From Okeania sp. (GTDB lineage: Bacteria; Cyanobacteriota; Cyanobacteriia; Cyanobacteriales; Microcoleaceae), in NCBI RefSeq assembly GCF_035285525.1, contig NZ_JAYKGW010000212.1, positions 1 through 9,598 on the forward strand: a stretch of 9,598 nucleotides of DNA, read 5' to 3'. A program made the translations under genes and the position numbers. Each line of letters starts with the position of its first letter. Position 1 is the first letter of the stretch. The notes beneath the pieces are model-generated. The model saw only the letters and a program-made list of their open reading frames with translations, did no database searches and was not told where the DNA came from. Below are positions 6,062 to 9,598 of this stretch, one piece after another.

Positions 6062-6161
6062 AGAACTTACGCAGAAACTGGATTAATCAACAAAATTTTG
6101 TGGTTTGAACAACAATATCACAACAATAAACCCGGTTGATTTCTGGCTTTGTGTAACTTCT
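6062..6161. mobile_element. Family-B MITE-like element (~100 bp)
   Basis: Left end AGAACTTACGCAGAAACTGG and right end AAACCCGGTTGATTTCTGGCTTTGTGTAACTTCT, the same terminal motif family as 3188-3289 and 1679-1762. Confidence 0.55.
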
Positions 6162-6196
6162 GTTATTCTGAAAAAATCTACTCCTTACTTTAACTT

Positions 6197-6580
6197 TTAA
6201 CAAAAATTTAGAGGAGGTAATGCTCCTATTTTTGGTTCTATATCAGATAAATCTGAATCAATAACTGAGGAAATTGTTTGATTTTCTAAGTCTGTTAGAT
6301 TATGAATATTCTGATAATTAACTGTAGGTAAGTCTAGCATAATACTACTGTCTCGATATCCTTCTTTTATATCTTCAATCCAAGTTTTAATAATTCCCTG
6401 CAACTGAATTTCATTGATTTTACAGTTACTTTGCTTTTCTAGTTCATTTTTAATTTTATTACATACTATGGGAGTAAAAAAAATTGTTGGCTGGTCTTCA
6501 TAATATTGTCCTAAGTCTACAGTATATCTATATTTTTGATTAGTATTTTTTTTAGTAACATTTAGAGAATATTGAACCAT
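6197..6580 (-). CDS. Hypothetical protein (127 aa), no recognisable domain
   Basis: An open frame of 127 codons is unlikely by chance in such AT-rich DNA. It has an ATG start at 6580, the same strand as the downstream cluster, and an amphipathic, acidic composition. It has no motif I recognise. Confidence 0.55.
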   Translation of the reverse strand: MVQYSLNVTKKNTNQKYRYTVDLGQYYEDQPTIFFTPIVCNKIKNELEKQSNCKINEIQLQGIIKTWIEDIKEGYRDSSIMLDLPTVNYQNIHNLTDLENQTISSVIDSDLSDIEPKIGALPPLNFC

Positions 6581-6627
6581 AATAATTTCAAATAACTAAG
6601 AATTGATAACCATTCAGATATTAGCAC

Positions 6628-6656
6628 TAAGCTATAGAATTTTCAATTAAATACTC
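6628..6656 (-). promoter_or_regulatory. Candidate sigma-70-type promoter for the 127-aa ORF: TTGAAA-17 nt-TAATAT
   Basis: The reverse complement of 6628-6656 reads TTGAAAattctatagcttagtgcTAATAT. The -10 element ends 47 nt upstream of the ATG at 6580. AT-rich context makes chance matches likely. Confidence 0.3.
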
Positions 6657-7140
6657 ATCAATTATCTAATCATAAAATGTAAGCATTCAGCCGTCAAATA
6701 TTACTTTTGTTATTTCATAAAGCGATTCATTATTCAGAAGTTTTTTTTGACTATAAAAACCAGTTTTTAAGTTGATATTCGTTTAAATTTTCTCCTTAAA
6801 GTTGAAGTTTTTATTCCTAAATCCTGCAGTTCTTCAGGGGGAGGCTAGCTAATATCTGTTTGCGGAGCATCCCGCAGGAAATGCTTACAATAAAATTAGC
6901 TTAAGCTATACCAATCCTAAATAATTTTTCAAAACAAACCTAGAGATTAAATCTCTAAATTCTATCTGCACTTAGGTTCGGAAAGCTAACCCCTATAATA
7001 AAACATTACAAGCTTTTTAGGATTACTATATTTTGACTGAATTTAAAATTCTAGTCTGAGAATATAAAACTTTTATGAGACATCTCCAAAAAGAAAAAAC
7101 AGGAAATCAATTCTTATCCATACATTATGAATTACTTCTT

Positions 7141-7168
7141 CCTATTGCCCATTGCCCATTGCCTATTC
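7141..7168. repeat. Imperfect heptamer tandem repeat (CCTATTG CCCATTG CCCATTG CCTATTC), STRR-like
   Basis: Four consecutive 7-bp units read directly from the sequence. Confidence 0.8.
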
Positions 7169-7195
7169 CCTCTTTTCTAGAGGAGTCTATTGGTC

Positions 7196-7223
7196 TTGAC
7201 ATAATTTAGTTTGATACTATAAA
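7196..7223 (+). promoter_or_regulatory. Candidate sigma-70-type promoter for the MscS-DEP gene: TTGACA-16 nt-TATAAA
   Basis: Perfect -35 hexamer at 7196-7201, a 16-nt spacer, and TATAAA at 7218-7223, ~190 bp upstream of the ATG at 7415. The resulting 5' UTR would include the family-C hairpin at 7298-7349. Confidence 0.35.
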
Positions 7224-7297
7224 ATATACAGCCATATTATAGTAAATTTCTCTAGTTCATTTATAGCAATCCTAAATAGATTTTCAGATTTCATAGT

Positions 7298-7349
7298 AGG
7301 GGTTTGTTTTCCAAACCCAAATGGAAAAGAATTTGGAGACTAAACCCCT
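7298..7349. repeat. Family-C hairpin repeat AGGGGTTTGTTTTCCAAA...TTTGGAGACTAAACCCCT
   Basis: It has the same terminal arms as 5974-6026. It is the sequence translated by the TTG-initiated extension of the 7304 ORF. Confidence 0.75.
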
Positions 7350-7414
7350 GCAGTTTTTTCTCACAAATGATTTCTTATGACTATACCTTTCTATATTTCT
7401 GCAAATTAAAGAAG

Positions 7415-9439
7415 ATGAATTTTATACAAAATAATATGGCAAAATTTCCCAAATATATATTTAGATTTGCCCTTGTACTTTGCATCGGTTTACTATCAGT
7501 TTTTCTCCTCTCTCCTGTCCAAGCTGAAGATGTAAAAATTATCAAAGCTCCAGTGATATTAGATAGTCGAATATTGTTAGAAATTGAACCTTTAGATAAC
7601 TACACAGCTCAGGAGCGAGCTGCATCTATCACATCAACTTTAGAGTCAGCATTAGCTGATAGTATTGAACAAAAAATCCCGCCCAAGGTGGAACTACAAA
7701 AGAAAACACCTCCAAAACTCAAAGTAACTCCTTCTGAACAAAATGTGGAATTGACTGTTGATACTGCTCTCTTGGTAGAAGTAGAATCAGATGATAATCG
7801 CCTGTTAGTCAAAGTAGTTCCCATTGAGCAAAATTTAGAATTAATGGTTAACAGTCGTCTCTTGATGGAGGTAGAATCAGAAGAGGAGGCAAAAACATTG
7901 CAGGAACAACTCCAGCAGAGTTTAGATAAAATTTGGCAGGAACGGACAGCTAATACCAAAAATACCGAAATGTCTGAATTTGAATTAAGAATAGCACTCA
8001 AATATCTGACAATTGCTTTTGTGATCACTCTGTTGCTTCAGACAGGATTAGTATTACTATTTCGTCAAGTTCTACGTCGGAAGATCAAAAACCCTGAAAG
8101 ACGTTGGTACTCATTGCAATTATTGGTTCTGGTCTTATTACAGGTAGGAGTATGGGCGACATTTATCTGGTATGGAGTCAAATTATTTCCCATAACTGAA
8201 GATTGGTTTTACCAAGTTGTTGAACATCTAAACAAAACATTTAGTAGCCAAATGTTTCAATTGGGAGAAGAGAAGATTTCTCTCAACCGCATATTAGCGA
8301 TCGCTTTAACCGTTGTAGCACTTTGGATCGGGGTAAGTTGGTTTATTCGTATTCTCAAATCTCGCTTACTCCCACTCATAGAAGTTGAACGCAGTCACCA
8401 AGATGCAATTGCTTTTTTTGCTCAATATGCACTACTATCTATTGGCACACTCTTAATTATCAATGCTGGAGGAGTAGATTTTCAATCTATAGCTATTTTA
8501 ATTGGGGCGCTGGGAATCGGTATTGGTTTTGGATTACAAAATATTGTGAAAGACTTTATTTGTGGATTAATTTTAATTGTCGTCCGTCCGATCAAAGTTG
8601 GAGAGTTAGTCCAGGTGGGAGAATTTCAAGGTTTAGTTCAACGCATTGGTACTAGGACTACTGATATCTCCAATATCGAACGCTACATTATTACTATTCC
8701 TAATTCTCGCTTTATTGAAGGGGAAGTGCTCAACTGGAACCGTAGTGGTATCACGAGGGTGAAAGCTTATGTAACAATTCCCTACGAAACAGATATTGAC
8801 TTTGTCTACAGGGTTCTACTTGCTGCTGCACAAGTAGAACATCCAGATATTTTGCGTCATCCTCCCCCCAAGGTTAAATTTCGGGAATATATAGAAGATG
8901 GGTTGCAATTTCGGGTGGTAGCATTTATCCGCGATCCTCTGAAGCAACCAAAGGTGAGAACTCACTTATATAACCAGATAGAAATACATTTGCGCAAGTA
9001 TGGCATTGATGTGGCTCGCCCTCAAAAAGACCTAACTCTCAAAGAACTCGACCCAGAAATCTATGGTTGGCTGCGATCGCAAACCTCTGATGAGTTCCGA
9101 GTTATATCTCAAGAAACTCAATTTCTTGAACCTCCTGTTATCAAAGAAGAGTACGACTGGGAGGCGATATCTAATGCAATGCGGGGAGAGAATGGAGTTT
9201 CTATCAAAGATCGACGGTTTAAGTTTAAGCTCTTTAAAAATGTCTTTTTAGGTTCGGAAGCAGTGGAGTGGTTAATGGTTAATGAACGAGCTACGAGGGA
9301 AGAGGCAATAATGATGGGTGAGTTAATGTTGCAACAAGAAATAATTCACCACATTTTTGATGAACATCGTTTTAAGGATGAACCTCTGTTTTATAGATTC
9401 TATAATGATGAGGAAGTAGAAAGTAATGTCGAATCCTGA
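7415..9439 (+). CDS. MscS-family mechanosensitive channel with signal peptide, repeat-containing periplasmic N-domain and C-terminal DEP domain (674 aa from ATG 7415; ATG 7436 is an alternative start)
   Basis: Signal-peptide-like FALVLCIGLLSVFLLSPVQA-ED. About five TM helices. Pore helix and beta-domain signature GALGIGIGFGLQNIVKDFICGLILIVVRPIKVGELVQVGEFQGLVQRIGTRTTDISNIERYIITIPNSRFIEGEVLNWNRS. C-terminal DEP-like GVSIKDRRFKFKLFKNVFLGSEAVEWLMVNERATREEAIMMGELMLQQEIIHHIFDEHRFKDEPLFYRFY. I rejected the TTG start at 7304 because it reads through a dispersed repeat. Confidence 0.93.
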   Translation: MNFIQNNMAKFPKYIFRFALVLCIGLLSVFLLSPVQAEDVKIIKAPVILDSRILLEIEPLDNYTAQERAASITSTLESALADSIEQKIPPKVELQKKTPPKLKVTPSEQNVELTVDTALLVEVESDDNRLLVKVVPIEQNLELMVNSRLLMEVESEEEAKTLQEQLQQSLDKIWQERTANTKNTEMSEFELRIALKYLTIAFVITLLLQTGLVLLFRQVLRRKIKNPERRWYSLQLLVLVLLQVGVWATFIWYGVKLFPITEDWFYQVVEHLNKTFSSQMFQLGEEKISLNRILAIALTVVALWIGVSWFIRILKSRLLPLIEVERSHQDAIAFFAQYALLSIGTLLIINAGGVDFQSIAILIGALGIGIGFGLQNIVKDFICGLILIVVRPIKVGELVQVGEFQGLVQRIGTRTTDISNIERYIITIPNSRFIEGEVLNWNRSGITRVKAYVTIPYETDIDFVYRVLLAAAQVEHPDILRHPPPKVKFREYIEDGLQFRVVAFIRDPLKQPKVRTHLYNQIEIHLRKYGIDVARPQKDLTLKELDPEIYGWLRSQTSDEFRVISQETQFLEPPVIKEEYDWEAISNAMRGENGVSIKDRRFKFKLFKNVFLGSEAVEWLMVNERATREEAIMMGELMLQQEIIHHIFDEHRFKDEPLFYRFYNDEEVESNVES

Positions 9440-9460
9440 TAATTATTGTTTATAAAAAAT

Positions 9461-9598
9461 ATTGTAGGGGCGGGTTTTTCTAGAGATGTTTTGGTTGACT
9501 CTCAGATTTAGCTAAACCCGCCCTGTCGATTATTGTAGGGATGGGTTTTTCTAGAGATGTTTTGGTTGACTCTCAGATTTAGCTAAACCCGCCCTGTC
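9461..9598. repeat. Tandem duplication (period 71 bp) of a family-D hairpin repeat GGGCGGGTTT...AAACCCGCCC; second copy truncated by the window end
   Basis: 9461-9531 and 9532-9598 are near-identical. Each has 10-bp inverted arms separated by ~36 nt. The array starts 22 bp after the MscS-DEP stop codon. Confidence 0.9.

Noticed and set aside
5957-6139. 60-aa plus-strand ORF between the FHA gene and the 127-aa ORF
   Set aside because: It is composed almost entirely of family-C and family-B repeat sequence (5974-6026, 6062-6161) and is on the opposite strand to all neighbours.
7075-7209. 44-codon plus-strand ORF (MRHLQKEKTGNQ...) in the long divergent region
   Set aside because: It is short, runs through the heptamer tandem repeat (7141-7168), overlaps the candidate -35 box, and has no ribosome-binding signal or recognisable motif.
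7304-7414. TTG-initiated N-terminal extension of the MscS-DEP ORF
   Set aside because: It starts inside the family-C hairpin repeat (7298-7349) with a non-ATG codon. The signal-peptide-like sequence follows the ATGs at 7415/7436, which are more plausible starts.
7609-8028. 139-aa minus-strand ORF inside the channel gene
   Set aside because: It is antisense to the MscS-DEP CDS across its internally repeated region. The Ser-rich repetitive peptide reflects the repeat on the opposite strand.
9063-9251. 62-aa plus-strand ORF in an alternative frame of the channel gene
   Set aside because: It is fully embedded, out of frame, in a CDS whose own frame carries strong MscS and DEP signatures.
1-9598. 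Mobile genetic island, prophage, or tRNA/rRNA content
   Set aside because: I recognised no integrase, transposase, recombinase, phage structural motif, tRNA-like cloverleaf or rRNA signature. HIP1 sites inside most large CDSs argue for long residence in a cyanobacterial genome.

Overview
AT-rich 9.6-kb window with the hallmarks of a filamentous (Nostocales-type) cyanobacterial chromosome. It has six HIP1 octamers (GCGATCGC at 1263, 2253, 2796, 3690, 8297, 9073), heptamer STRR-type tandem repeats, and at least five families of hairpin-forming small dispersed repeats or MITE-like elements that fill every intergenic spacer. Six ORFs lie co-oriented on the minus strand: an orphan 127-aa protein (6197-6580); a zinc-ribbon + FHA protein (5224-5877); a zinc-ribbon + Hanks Ser/Thr kinase + TPR protein (3600-5021); an AAA+/STAND-like P-loop NTPase (1829-3112); a 40-codon ORF that duplicates the first ~20 codons of the next gene (1515-1637); and a protein with an uncharacterised Walker-A-less N-domain plus kinesin-light-chain-type TPRs (326-1486). 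After an ~830-bp non-coding divergent region comes a plus-strand MscS-family mechanosensitive channel with a C-terminal DEP domain (7415-9439). I recognised no rRNA, tRNA, CRISPR array, transposase or integrase. The most interesting feature is the FHA / kinase / NTPase / TPR set, which looks like a candidate NTP- and phosphothreonine-gated signalling or conflict module. It has no recognisable effector and matches no named defence system I can recall. This hypothesis rests on domain content and adjacency only, and the long repeat-filled spacers between the genes weaken it. The MscS-DEP fusion is a second unusual architecture. All domain calls come from motif reading by eye; no database search was possible.
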